Source: a virus. From it: a stretch of DNA of 64,000 nucleotides. The translations under genes and the position numbers were made by a program. The notes beneath the pieces are model-generated. The model was not told the DNA's origin, searched no databases, and saw only the letters and a program-made list of their open reading frames with translations. The DNA lies in the IMG/VR virus record IMGVR_UViG_3300025117_001212. One strand, 5' to 3'. Each line of letters starts with the position of its first letter. Position 1 is the stretch's first letter. Below are positions 1-8,522 of this stretch, in pieces.

Positions 1-388
1 AATCTTTTTCAATATCACTATCAGGAAAGAATTTGTAGAATGCCTTGTACAAATCCATAGCCGGATAATGAGATGTATCCCCGAATTGAACCTTCCATCT
101 CCAAATAGTCTGTGCAAATTCATATTCGAGATAGGCTGCATTTATAGCTATATCGAATCCAATTGATTTTATAGGCTCATATTTATTTATTTTCTTTTGT
201 CTGTTATATTCTTTCATTTTGAAGCCTATATTTGCAAGGCTATCAGCATGTCCGATATAGGTAATTCCTGCTTCACATCTCGCTTCCATCTTATAGAATT
301 CTTTTAGAATATCTTCTCTAATGTCAGCAAATGTGACACTTGCCATTGCCAAGAAAAATACCACCATACCGATCATTATTTTCTTCAT
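1..388 (-). CDS. signal-peptide protein, 3'-truncated by the window edge (not in ORF track)
   Basis: ATG at 388 behind GGAGG; MKKIMIGMVVFFLAMASVTFA-DIRED, open to position 1. Confidence 0.7.
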   Translation of the reverse strand, partial: MKKIMIGMVVFFLAMASVTFADIREDILKEFYKMEARCEAGITYIGHADSLANIGFKMKEYNRQKKINKYEPIKSIGFDIAINAAYLEYEFAQTIWRWKVQFGDTSHYPAMDLYKAFYKFFPDSDIEKD

Positions 389-390
389 TT

Positions 391-657
391 CTATTTCCTC
401 CTAAATATTGAGAAATCCTTAGACGTTCTATAGTTTCCCATGTGTTCGTTGCATTGAGTGCAGAAAAATCTACCTTTATCGTTTTTAGGTGAACCAGTTA
501 GAATCATTCTCAGTTCAGATTCACAATATATGCAGATTATTTTACCCTCCTTTGATAGTGTTATTGATTTGCCATTTGTTATGATTACGTTATCAATGAA
601 TTCCGTCTTGTGAAGTATATAAAATTTCTTACCCTTCTGGATTACTTTTGGTTTCAT
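391..657 (-). CDS. zinc-ribbon protein
   Basis: CIYC ... CTQC pairs; SD GGAGGTGAT. Confidence 0.7.
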   Translation of the reverse strand: MKPKVIQKGKKFYILHKTEFIDNVIITNGKSITLSKEGKIICIYCESELRMILTGSPKNDKGRFFCTQCNEHMGNYRTSKDFSIFRRK

Positions 658-889
658 TTATCACCTCCAGTTCTTCAGGAAAAAATTGATTATTCTCACC
701 TTCTTCTGTTTCTATATGAATGGGTATGTGTCTTACATATTTTGTATATTTTATTGTTCCAAAGTCAAGTTTAGTAATAATTCCAATTCTTCCTATCCAA
801 TCTTCATATACAAGTTTATCGTCTATCAAACATGTTACTCTAACCTTAGTTCCTATTGGGAATTTCTTTCTTATGGTGTAAGCGTTCAT
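629..889 (-). CDS. MNxY-family small SH3/KOW-like protein
   Basis: MNAYTIRKKFPIGTKVRV ... FFPEELEVI. Confidence 0.85.
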   Translation of the reverse strand: MNAYTIRKKFPIGTKVRVTCLIDDKLVYEDWIGRIGIITKLDFGTIKYTKYVRHIPIHIETEEGENNQFFPEELEVINETKSNPEG

Positions 890-1092
890 TTTACAACCTC
901 TACTTCTGAATCATAAAAGTAAGTAATATCGTTTTGAACAAAAATTCTAACAATGAAAGTTCCCCCATCAGTTGTAAAATAATCAATATCTGAAATTTCA
1001 AAAATTTTATTATGATAACCATCAAGTCTTTCAGTAGTTACTTTTATTTTAGCGCCTTTTCTATATTTCTTTTTTGCGAGGTAAGCGTTCAT
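886..1092 (-). CDS. MNxY-family small SH3/KOW-like protein
   Basis: MNAYLAKKKYRKGAKIKV ... FYDSEVEVVK. Confidence 0.85.
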   Translation of the reverse strand: MNAYLAKKKYRKGAKIKVTTERLDGYHNKIFEISDIDYFTTDGGTFIVRIFVQNDITYFYDSEVEVVK

Positions 1093-1252
1093 TTTCTAAT
1101 TCCTTAAATCGCTCCAGCCACTCACTGTGTTCCTCTTCCGATAGATTTTTGCAGAATTTACCGAACGGTTTAATCATAGATCTCTTTCCACTTATATGAG
1201 ATCTATGAGATTTTATACCATGATTTTTACAGTTCTTGGATCTTTTTGGCAT
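1061..1252 (-). CDS. hypothetical basic protein
   Basis: ORF in minus-strand run; no recognised motif. Confidence 0.55.
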   Translation of the reverse strand: MPKRSKNCKNHGIKSHRSHISGKRSMIKPFGKFCKNLSEEEHSEWLERFKELENERLPRKKEI

Positions 1253-1255
1253 TAG

Positions 1256-1678
1256 TTAGTCCTTTAAAGGTTTGACAATGAATGCTTTACATATAGCAAT
1301 TTTGAATTCCTTAAGACCACTGATAATCCTATTTTCAGTGAACTCGCCAATCCCGTCTAGATATTGAATTTCAAAGATAAAACTATTATCACGTGGAAAG
1401 TCAATTTTCCACTCACGTAGACATTTCTCAGCTTCTTCATGGGTCATAAACATGCAAAATCCAAATCTTCCTGTTTTTATGGGTTCATACCTATCCATTT
1501 GATATCTATAATCCCATTGTGCCAGAAGATGACTGTTACTATTTGTTAATTTAACAAAATCATATTTATCATTACACATCCCTATCAAATCACCAGTTTC
1601 TTTATCTTTATTAAAAATTTTGTAAGCAGTTCCGTTAACTGGAATTTCATGGAAACCTTTATGCAGTTCATTACACAT
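1256..1678 (-). CDS. hypothetical protein
   Basis: SD GGAGG and own promoter upstream. Confidence 0.75.
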   Translation of the reverse strand: MCNELHKGFHEIPVNGTAYKIFNKDKETGDLIGMCNDKYDFVKLTNSNSHLLAQWDYRYQMDRYEPIKTGRFGFCMFMTHEEAEKCLREWKIDFPRDNSFIFEIQYLDGIGEFTENRIISGLKEFKIAICKAFIVKPLKD

Positions 1679-1703
1679 CTCTTTTGCCTCCTCTTTTTTA
1701 TTT

Positions 1704-1732
1704 ATTATACCATACTAACATTTCAAAAACAA
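1704..1732 (-). promoter_or_regulatory. sigma70-type promoter
   Basis: TTGTTT-N17-TATAAT with extended -10 TG. Confidence 0.65.
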
Positions 1733-1780
1733 GGGTAAATTTACACACTTCAACAATATTATTTAATTTTTCTTTTAGGT

Positions 1781-2008
1781 CTACTCCTCAATATTGATCT
1801 TCTTTTCATTTATCACCTCCAAAATCTCTTCTAAGAAGACTATTCCATTTTTTCCAAGTCTATCACGAACAGTAACTACATATTTATTCCAAAATTTATG
1901 ATATCTTATTCCTTCTCTAACTTCTTTTATCTTTTGTTCTTCATCATGACCCTTAAATCTTATAAAGATTCCTGGTTTCAATTCTTTCATTGCTGTATAT
2001 AAATTCAT
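1781..2008 (-). CDS. MNxY-family small SH3/KOW-like protein
   Basis: MNLYTAMKELKPGIFIRF ... LEEILEVI. Confidence 0.85.
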   Translation of the reverse strand: MNLYTAMKELKPGIFIRFKGHDEEQKIKEVREGIRYHKFWNKYVVTVRDRLGKNGIVFLEEILEVINEKKINIEE

Positions 2009-2035
2009 TTTTTAATCTTCTTTAAAACTTCTACA

Positions 2036-2278
2036 TTATCTGGATGAAACCACCACACCCATCCCCCAAGTTTCTTTATCATCGGGAATTATTAAGAAAT
2101 TACTATATTTTATGCCTTCAATAGGACCATCTTCACCTGTAAAGAATGCCCATCTTTCTATTGATTTCACTGTAAATATATTTCCATGTCGCCTTATAAT
2201 TCTTTCATCTTCAATGTTATTAATCACTCTTATTTTGCTTCCTATTGGGAATTTCTTCCTTATTGTATACTCATTCAT
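2036..2278 (-). CDS. MNxY-family small SH3/KOW-like protein
   Basis: MNEYTIRKKFPIGSKIRV; SD GGAGGTGA. Confidence 0.85.
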   Translation of the reverse strand: MNEYTIRKKFPIGSKIRVINNIEDERIIRRHGNIFTVKSIERWAFFTGEDGPIEGIKYSNFLIIPDDKETWGMGVVVSSR

Positions 2279-2391
2279 CTTTTGTCACCTCCTTTTGAGT
2301 TTCTATGATTTCAAATTCATCCCTATCAATCGCAACATAGCATTTATTGTGATTCTGGTTTGGCTTTCTTTCCTATTGTATATAGATTCAT
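2271..2391 (-). pseudogene. internally deleted MNxY-family remnant
   Basis: MNLYTIGKKAKPESQ* then, in another frame, the family-type tail IDRDEFEII. Confidence 0.6.
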
Positions 2392-2603
2392 AGGACCTCA
2401 ACTTCATAATCATAGAAAAAGTTATTTGATGGAAAATTACGGTTTTCAACAAAGATATAGACTGCTTCTCTTCTCAAATATATTGAATGACCAACGTCAA
2501 TTTCCCTAATTATAAAAGGTTCACTGAAAAAACTCGATTCGTGGCTCTTTACTCTAATTCTACTTCCTTTTCTATAGATTTTATTAGCTGTGTATAGATT
2601 CAT
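2388..2603 (-). CDS. MNxY-family small SH3/KOW-like protein
   Basis: MNLYTANKIYRKGSRIRV ... FYDYEVEVL. Confidence 0.85.
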   Translation of the reverse strand: MNLYTANKIYRKGSRIRVKSHESSFFSEPFIIREIDVGHSIYLRREAVYIFVENRNFPSNNFFYDYEVEVL

Positions 2604-2808
2604 TTTCGTTTTCCTTAAGAGTTCTTAATTCACTTGGGGTCCACCAGATTTTTTCGTATCCTTCTAATATGATTAGAAATCCAGGAACGAATTTAACAAG
2701 ATTTCTTCCAGATTTAAGAATCGTATATGGTTCTACCCATAGATCGTAACCGATAACTTCAACTTTAGTTCCTGGTCTGTATATTTTCTTTAATGTATAG
2801 TCATTTAA
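2584..2808 (-). CDS. MNxY-family member with TTA at the start position (not in ORF track)
   Basis: GGAGGTGATAACAG-TTA AAT GAC TAT ACA; (L)NDYTLKKIYRPGTKVEV ... WWTPSELRTL. Confidence 0.65.
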   Translation of the reverse strand, partial: LNDYTLKKIYRPGTKVEVIGYDLWVEPYTILKSGRNLVKFVPGFLIILEGYEKIWWTPSELRTLKENENESIHS

Positions 2809-2832
2809 CTGTTATCACCTCCTTATAGTCTT

Positions 2833-3045
2833 CTAAATTAGAATAATTTCATCTGGAAACCACGATACATTATCCCAGTTACTATCATAATCAAAGCCTT
2901 TTAGAAAAATTTTGATATTTCTATCTATTTCAACTCTTTTGATTGTAAATATCTTATCATCATAATATGGGTCTTTATAAATTTTTTTGTTGATAATAAC
3001 TTTAGTTCCTACCTTGTACTTCTTTCTAATCAGGTATTGGTTCAT
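2833..3045 (-). CDS. MNxY-family small SH3/KOW-like protein
   Basis: MNQYLIRKKYKVGTKV ... WFPDEIILI. Confidence 0.85.
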   Translation of the reverse strand: MNQYLIRKKYKVGTKVIINKKIYKDPYYDDKIFTIKRVEIDRNIKIFLKGFDYDSNWDNVSWFPDEIILI

Positions 3046-3088
3046 TAGAAGAAGACCTCAAACATTAAAGAACAAGAATATAAAGTTA

Positions 3089-3280
3089 TTATATTTTTCT
3101 TTTAATATCTATAGCTGTTAACCACCATTCCTCTTCTGTGTAGAGATAGTTATCGTTACCATTGCTGAATTCTTTAACAGTCTGAATCTTTGGTGGACTT
3201 TTGTGATAGAAAATGGTAAATTCATCACTGGCCTCTACTTTATCTCCTGGTTTGAGTCTTTTGAAACAGTAGATGTTCAT
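3089..3280 (-). CDS. MNxY-family small SH3/KOW-like protein
   Basis: MNIYCFKRLKPGDKVEASDEF; recent duplicate of 3570-3767. Confidence 0.85.
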   Translation of the reverse strand: MNIYCFKRLKPGDKVEASDEFTIFYHKSPPKIQTVKEFSNGNDNYLYTEEEWWLTAIDIKRKI

Positions 3281-3531
3281 TCTATAATCTCTATTGCTTC
3301 ATCTGTATTTTTATCTAAAAATACAAAACATGAAGAAACTTCATTTTTTATAGTGTCTTTCATGATGAAGTCTATTGTTTTAGATTCATAATCAATTTTA
3401 TAGATTTCAACTACTTTGCTACATATTGGAGCACAATCACATTTACTTATTCTAGTAGATTCACCTCTGCATTTAGTGATTCTAATCTTAGTTCCTATTT
3501 TATAGGTTTTTCTAAGTGTATAGAGATTCAT
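3277..3531 (-). CDS. MNxY-family protein, Cys-insert subfamily
   Basis: MNLYTLRKTYKIGTKIRITKC ... CDCAPIC ... EAIEIIE. Confidence 0.85.
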   Translation of the reverse strand: MNLYTLRKTYKIGTKIRITKCRGESTRISKCDCAPICSKVVEIYKIDYESKTIDFIMKDTIKNEVSSCFVFLDKNTDEAIEIIE

Positions 3532-3569
3532 AAGAATGATCTCAAATATTAAAGAACAAGAATATAAAG

Positions 3570-3767
3570 TTATAGTTTTTTATCAATTTCACAATGGCTC
3601 AACCACCAACCTTCAATTGTACGGGCATAGATAGAATTATATCTCCGTTCTCTAATCTTTTTAATAGTCTGAATTTTTGGTGGATTGTTATTGTAGTTAG
3701 ATATAAATTCATCACTGGCCTCTACTTTATCTCCTGGTTTGAGTCTTTTGAAACAGTAGAGATTCAT
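3570..3767 (-). CDS. MNxY-family small SH3/KOW-like protein
   Basis: MNLYCFKRLKPGDKVEASDEF ... WWLSHCEI. Confidence 0.85.
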   Translation of the reverse strand: MNLYCFKRLKPGDKVEASDEFISNYNNNPPKIQTIKKIRERRYNSIYARTIEGWWLSHCEIDKKL

Positions 3768-4018
3768 TATTAAAGACCTCAGTGTGGTATAGATTGGTAA
3801 TAGATTAAAGGGTTGATAAATGAAATGAGTCGATAGGTTAACGATAGAAAAGATACAAGGGGTCTGACCGTCATTTCTAAGTCATTTTTTAAGTAATTTC
3901 TTATATCTTTATAGCCCATTCTCAAACCCTTCAACCTTCATGCTTCTCACAATCTAACAACTAATCTAACACCCTCCACTACTGGTATTATACACTACTA
4001 TGGCTGTTACTATTACAA

Positions 4019-4246
4019 TTATTTCTTATCTTGCTTATCTTCAAGTGTTCCGAATTTTATTGTTATGGTTGAAGGCACAGGTTTATCTTTTGAAAGATAG
4101 GCATGATCCCTAGAAAGAAGGATATCTTTCAGGTCAACATTGAGTGAGTATTTGTGGTAACTCTTTGTATCTTGAAGGAAGGTTGCCGTTACAGTAACAT
4201 TAAGGTGTTCACTTGTGCTCTGAGATGATCTTGATTTTTTAGACAT
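4019..4246 (-). CDS. hypothetical small beta-strand protein
   Basis: SD AAGGAG; not an MNxY member. Confidence 0.7.
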   Translation of the reverse strand: MSKKSRSSQSTSEHLNVTVTATFLQDTKSYHKYSLNVDLKDILLSRDHAYLSKDKPVPSTITIKFGTLEDKQDKK

Positions 4247-4388
4247 GGTATTCTCCTTTGCTTGTTAGTGTGTGTAAATTATTACCACATTTACTCGGTT
4301 CGATTGAGAATATTGAAAGAAAAGTCTTGAAAAAAGTCGATGAACGTAATTGTTACAAAGATAAGGAATGATAGGTGTTATCTATTAA

Positions 4389-4586
4389 TTATTTCTTTGT
4401 AGGGTAAGGAATTTTTCTGAGTATTTCATCAGGGTGAATACACCATCCTTGACGTGTTAGGATACCACTACGCCAGAACTTTTTTACTATCTGTTCTCTG
4501 TGATGGATATTCCATTCTCTCATAGTTTCATCAGTGAGTTCTATGATATCTCCTGGCTTAAGTCTTCTGAAGCAATAGAAATTCAT
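4389..4586 (-). CDS. MNxY-family small SH3/KOW-like protein
   Basis: MNFYCFRRLKPGDIIEL ... IHPDEILRKI. Confidence 0.85.
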   Translation of the reverse strand: MNFYCFRRLKPGDIIELTDETMREWNIHHREQIVKKFWRSGILTRQGWCIHPDEILRKIPYPTKK

Positions 4587-4798
4587 TTGATTCTCTTATA
4601 GTGTTTAAGATTTGAATAAGGAACGCCAATTAAATAATTACTATTATCACTTCTTAATAGAATTAAATGTTTACGACTGGTATTATATCCATCAACAATC
4701 CAAACATTATAGTGTTTCTTATATCCCTTATGATTGTTGAAATTTCTAATTAACTTAGTTCCTATTGGATATTTTTTCTTCAGTGTATACAAGTTCAC
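4583..4798 (-). CDS. MNxY-family small SH3/KOW-like protein
   Basis: MNLYTLKKKYPIGTKL. Confidence 0.85.
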   Translation of the reverse strand: MNLYTLKKKYPIGTKLIRNFNNHKGYKKHYNVWIVDGYNTSRKHLILLRSDNSNYLIGVPYSNLKHYKRIK

Positions 4799-4911
4799 TA
4801 GTATCTCCTAAATCGTGGTGATTAACAAAAGTTTCCCCTGGGGTAAAACACCTTTTTTAATCATTGCAACTACAATAGTGTGAAACCTTATAAACTATAT
4901 AGCTAAGATAT

Positions 4912-4941
4912 AATATATCATGCTTTTCTACTACACTTCAA
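4912..4941 (-). promoter_or_regulatory. putative sigma70 promoter flanked by two palindromic operator-like sites
   Basis: TTGAAG-N18-TATATT; palindromes at 4831-4849 and 4956-4973. Confidence 0.45.
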
Positions 4942-5058
4942 AAACTTTAAAGGTGGTTTACCCCAAGGTAAACTTAGGACTTTTTTAAGTGTGACTAATT
5001 TAGAGTATGCTATATTGAGTATAAAAATATGAATCCTGTATTTTGTAGTGTCTCTTAA

Positions 5059-5274
5059 TTATGTGATTTGCTTTTTGATATATTTGAGATGAACATGTAT
5101 TTCATTTTCAGTGTATACACCCCTCCAAAATTCTTCAATCATCACAGATTTCACAATCATTGTTCTTTTAGATTTTGAAACAGGATCTTTAACTTTATGA
5201 ACCTCTGAGAAATATGATTTATTAACAAGAATTCTATTTCCTTTCTTAAGTTTTTTTAATTCTGAAAATTTCAT
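5059..5274 (-). CDS. SH3/KOW-like protein related to the MNxY family (variant N-terminus)
   Basis: MKFSELKKLKKGNRILV ... VHLKYIKKQI. Confidence 0.75.
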   Translation of the reverse strand: MKFSELKKLKKGNRILVNKSYFSEVHKVKDPVSKSKRTMIVKSVMIEEFWRGVYTENEIHVHLKYIKKQIT

Positions 5275-5477
5275 GATTCTTCTATTTTACATTCAACATT
5301 AGATATATGAGTGAGTTTTGGATTTCTAGTTTCGCTATCACTTGTTACTATCCATAATTTACTATTACCCCAACGCTTCTTCACAACTTGGATTGTAGAA
5401 CAATCTCTATGATCCATTCCTTCGCGAAGTCTAATTCTATCTCCTGGTTTCAATTTATTGAAAGTATATAGATTCAT
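5271..5477 (-). CDS. MNxY-family small SH3/KOW-like protein
   Basis: MNLYTFNKLKPGDRIRL. Confidence 0.85.
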   Translation of the reverse strand: MNLYTFNKLKPGDRIRLREGMDHRDCSTIQVVKKRWGNSKLWIVTSDSETRNPKLTHISNVECKIEES

Positions 5478-5483
5478 GTCAAT

Positions 5484-5577
5484 TTAACTACTACCATTAG
5501 CCCTTTGAAAGCAATATATATTCATCTCAATAACCCATTTAACCCTCGCTATTAGCCCTTTGAAAACATATATTCAT
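5484..5577 (-). pseudogene. two tandem N-terminus-only MNxY remnants (mini-ORFs)
   Basis: MNICFQRANSEG* (5539-5577) and MNIYCFQRANGSS* (5484-5525); direct repeat ATTAGCCCTTTGAAA. Confidence 0.6.
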
Positions 5578-5777
5578 TTTTCTATCTTACAGATTATTGC
5601 TACTCTTGGGACATTCAAAGGTTCTTTATTTCTTGAATTAACAATAAATGTTTTTATCCAATCACTGTCTGTGGTTACTGCTTCTACTACTTCACATTCC
5701 ATTGGAGTTTTTCTCATTGGAAAATCAATAAGAATTCTATCACCTACTTTCAATTTTTTGAATGTATATAGATTCAT
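5574..5777 (-). CDS. MNxY-family small SH3/KOW-like protein
   Basis: MNLYTFKKLKVGDRILI. Confidence 0.85.
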   Translation of the reverse strand: MNLYTFKKLKVGDRILIDFPMRKTPMECEVVEAVTTDSDWIKTFIVNSRNKEPLNVPRVAIICKIEK

Positions 5778-6009
5778 TCTACAAACTCAAATTCATCTTC
5801 ATATCTAGCTTGGCAAACCCTCGAAGTGCAACTGTTAATAAAATTAATTTCATATTCATTTCTATTACTATTAAATTTTAGTTCTACAATTTCATGTGTT
5901 TCGCTAAGACAACGGTTATGACAAGGAGAATCTGCCTTACATGCTTACATGCGATCATCTTTAGTTTCTTACAGGTTACAGCTCCTTTTTTGAAAGTATA
6001 TAAATTCAT
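5774..6009 (-). pseudogene. frameshifted MNxY-family member, Cys-insert subfamily
   Basis: MNLYTFKK... switches frame near TGTAAGCATGTAAGGCA into ADSPCHNRCLSETHEIVE...EDEFEFVE*; span 236 nt, not a multiple of 3. Confidence 0.65.
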
Positions 6010-6203
6010 TTTTCTATCTTTCTAACGATTTGATAAGGTAAAACATATAGCCCATAATCAATATCCGCACAATCGTTCCCAGATGAATCTTTTCGTAATT
6101 TTATTATGGTAATTCTTTCAGGAAGAAATAATCCTTTAAATAAATTGTCGGCTATTTCTATTTCATCACCTACTTTCAATTTACGAAAACAGTATAAATT
6201 CAT
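6006..6203 (-). CDS. MNxY-family small SH3/KOW-like protein
   Basis: MNLYCFRKLKVGDEIEI. Confidence 0.85.
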   Translation of the reverse strand: MNLYCFRKLKVGDEIEIADNLFKGLFLPERITIIKLRKDSSGNDCADIDYGLYVLPYQIVRKIEK

Positions 6204-6256
6204 GATATTTCAGATCCTCTTACGACTAGTCTTGGAATAGTAGTAAGGGCAAACTA

Positions 6257-6445
6257 TTACCGGAAATATTTTGAATTACCATCTAAGAGATCTAGAATTT
6301 CTTTTGAAAAAACCTGTTCATGTTCCTCTTCATCTAATAAATCAAAAACAGTTTCTACTATCACCATAATTTCTTCTGGTGAAAGTTTTTCTTTTAGAGT
6401 TTTTGCAAGTTCATTACGACCTTTTTCCCAACTGTATTTATTCAT
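6257..6445 (-). CDS. MNxY-start protein with a helical, non-SH3 body
   Basis: MNKYSWEKGRNELAKTLKE. Confidence 0.7.
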   Translation of the reverse strand: MNKYSWEKGRNELAKTLKEKLSPEEIMVIVETVFDLLDEEEHEQVFSKEILDLLDGNSKYFR

Positions 6446-6511
6446 CTCACACCCACATAAAACTCTGACTAAAGGAAATAAAAAACTTTGATATCCTGAT
6501 GGAATAAAGTC

Positions 6512-6542
6512 AAAAAAAGGGAGGGTCTTGGTGACCCTCCCT
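6512..6542 (-). terminator. intrinsic terminator
   Basis: 10-bp stem AGGGAGGGTC/GACCCTCCCT then T-run on minus strand, right after the stop at 6551. Confidence 0.85.
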
Positions 6543-6550
6543 GAAGTTGG

Positions 6551-7162
6551 TTACGCTGAGGCTTCTGCTGCGACCTGAGCGAGAGCCTTGCGGACCGGTG
6601 TCCTCTTCAGTTCGGTGGCCTTCCTCTTAGCAACGATCTTTTCCACTGTCTTCTTGGAGACCTTTCCCTTGGCTTCCTTGACAACCTCACCGACCCTCTT
6701 GGCGGCGGCGGCTTTCCTCATGTTCCAGCCAGCCTCAGCCTCACGCCCCTTGTAGATCTCAGCGTAGTAGTCCTTCGTGGACTTCGGGTCCTTCACGCGG
6801 TCCTCGAGCATCGCCAGGGTCACCTTGTTGAGTGGAACCGAGGAGAGGTAATCGTAGTGATTGCCCGGATGCTTGAACAGGCGCTCACGATTCTTTCCGG
6901 TGCCGGTGAACATTGGACGGCTGATGATCATGTCGCCGCCACGCCTGGCCGAGAACAGGACGTCCCCGTTTCGCTTCACCTGAAGGGCTCCCCACGAGTT
7001 CTCCACGAGGCTCAGATCCGAATGCTTCTTCAGGATGGCCGAGAACATATTCCGAATGGTTTTATTCTCGTGCTGGTTGTCGCCTCTCTTGATCTTGGCG
7101 GCACATCCGACTTTCACGACTTCCTTCTTGACATCTTTTTTCGTAGACTTTTTCTTAGACAT
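6551..7162 (-). CDS. basic Lys/Ala-rich putative nucleic-acid-binding protein
   Basis: SD GGAGG before MSKKKSTKK (7162); histone-H1-like K/A-rich tail; GC-richer codons; own terminator. Confidence 0.75.
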   Translation of the reverse strand: MSKKKSTKKDVKKEVVKVGCAAKIKRGDNQHENKTIRNMFSAILKKHSDLSLVENSWGALQVKRNGDVLFSARRGGDMIISRPMFTGTGKNRERLFKHPGNHYDYLSSVPLNKVTLAMLEDRVKDPKSTKDYYAEIYKGREAEAGWNMRKAAAAKRVGEVVKEAKGKVSKKTVEKIVAKRKATELKRTPVRKALAQVAAEASA

Positions 7163-7524
7163 GATATATCCTCCCGCTTGGACTTCTGAATGGTTCGCAT
7201 TTCTTTGATGACTTTTACCGAATCGGGTTTCCATCCGTTCTTAAGGAGAGCGCGAACCATCCTCTCCCTTAGTTCGGCCTTCGGCATTTTCCTGCCATAG
7301 GCTTTCACAAATTCTTGGCAGGCCTCCTCTACATCTACATCCAACTGTTCGGCCATCTTGACCTTGGACCATTCAACCCAGAATCCCACTTCACCTTCCC
7401 GATATGTGATATCCTGGATATCTACTGTTCCAGATGACCTCCCGAACATCCTGAACCATCCGCCGAATTGCTTCAGTGCCATTTCAACGGCTAGTGTGGG
7501 ACTCGGGAAATCTGACACTCTCAT
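7114..7524 (-). CDS. hypothetical protein
   Basis: SD GAGGAGG; promoter at 7552-7580. Confidence 0.65.
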   Translation of the reverse strand: MRVSDFPSPTLAVEMALKQFGGWFRMFGRSSGTVDIQDITYREGEVGFWVEWSKVKMAEQLDVDVEEACQEFVKAYGRKMPKAELRERMVRALLKNGWKPDSVKVIKEMRTIQKSKREDISCLRKSLRKKMSRRKS

Positions 7525-7551
7525 CACCTCCTCTACTGTATTATTATTCCC

Positions 7552-7580
7552 ACTATAACACGTCGAGCTTGCCGATGCAA
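7552..7580 (-). promoter_or_regulatory. sigma70-type promoter
   Basis: TTGCAT-N17-TATAGT, extended -10 TG. Confidence 0.75.
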
Positions 7581-7588
7581 GTAAATAA

Positions 7589-7771
7589 TTAGGCTTTCTT
7601 GCGACCCCTTTTTACTGAGGGTACTGACCTGAACGGATACTGATTTCTGAACATTTCCCTTTCTAGGTTCTCAACTTCATCCATCCGAATCTGATGGCCT
7701 TCCTGGCCAAGTCCAGTTTTGAGCATCCGGTTGACCAGTGTATTCCACTTCTTTGTGCTCTTTGAAATCAT
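7589..7771 (-). CDS. hypothetical small basic protein
   Basis: SD AAGGAGG; promoter 7817-7845. Confidence 0.7.
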   Translation of the reverse strand: MISKSTKKWNTLVNRMLKTGLGQEGHQIRMDEVENLEREMFRNQYPFRSVPSVKRGRKKA

Positions 7772-7816
7772 GAGACCTCCTTATGTCCTAAGTCCCTGTT
7801 ATATTGTTACGGGTAC

Positions 7817-7845
7817 AGTATAACATGGCGAGGGCTCCGATGCAA
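7817..7845 (-). promoter_or_regulatory. sigma70-type promoter (sister of 7552-7580)
   Basis: TTGCAT-N17-TATACT; both share TTGCATCGG...TGTTATA. Confidence 0.75.
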
Positions 7846-8063
7846 GCAAAAAATGCAATGTTTCGTTTTTGGTGATTGTTGTGAATGGCGTGATTAGATT
7901 CATGGACTTCGGTAGGTTCAGCGAGTTCGCAAATCCGCGCGTGAAATGGAAGATCATGAAATCGCGAGTATAGAGCGAGAGCAGTCTACACCGTGTCGGA
8001 ATGTTAAAGCATATTCTAATTTAGACTAAAGATTAGTAATTAGAGTTGACTGGTTTATGATGG

Positions 8064-8288
8064 TTACAGAAACTCTACAAATTTAAGTTTTATAATATAT
8101 TCCTCATTATCACTTGAATCTATGAATTCTATTACATTACACATCCTTCTATTACTGTAATAAGCATCTTTTACAATATAGATTCCGGGCCAAATATTTG
8201 AATAAGTACCTATAGTCCCTGGTCTATTAGCTAAATTTTTCATTTTGAATTGTTTACCTATGTATCTCCTGAGTTGATATAGATTCAT
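8064..8288 (-). CDS. MNxY-family small protein
   Basis: MNLYQLRRYIGKQFKM. Confidence 0.8.
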   Translation of the reverse strand: MNLYQLRRYIGKQFKMKNLANRPGTIGTYSNIWPGIYIVKDAYYSNRRMCNVIEFIDSSDNEEYIIKLKFVEFL

Positions 8289-8300
8289 TTTATAATCTCT

Positions 8301-8522
8301 TTAAGGTTTCTTAATAATTGTTACGTCTTTAGGGAATGCATAAAAGTCTGGAGTTTCGCTAGGATCATTTTCGTATGTTAGCCCAAGATCAAGTTCCCCA
8401 GGGCTATTGTCTAGATTATGTTCAATAATAATCCATCGATCAATCTCTTCGCCTTCGTCGGCAAAATCAACAATGGTGCCAATTGGATACTCAAGCATTA
8501 ATTTCTTTATTTCTTCCTTCAT
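8301..8522 (-). CDS. SH3/KOW-like protein related to the MNxY family
   Basis: EYPIGTIVDF ... FPKDVTII, lacks MNxY. Confidence 0.75.
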   Translation of the reverse strand: MKEEIKKLMLEYPIGTIVDFADEGEEIDRWIIIEHNLDNSPGELDLGLTYENDPSETPDFYAFPKDVTIIKKP

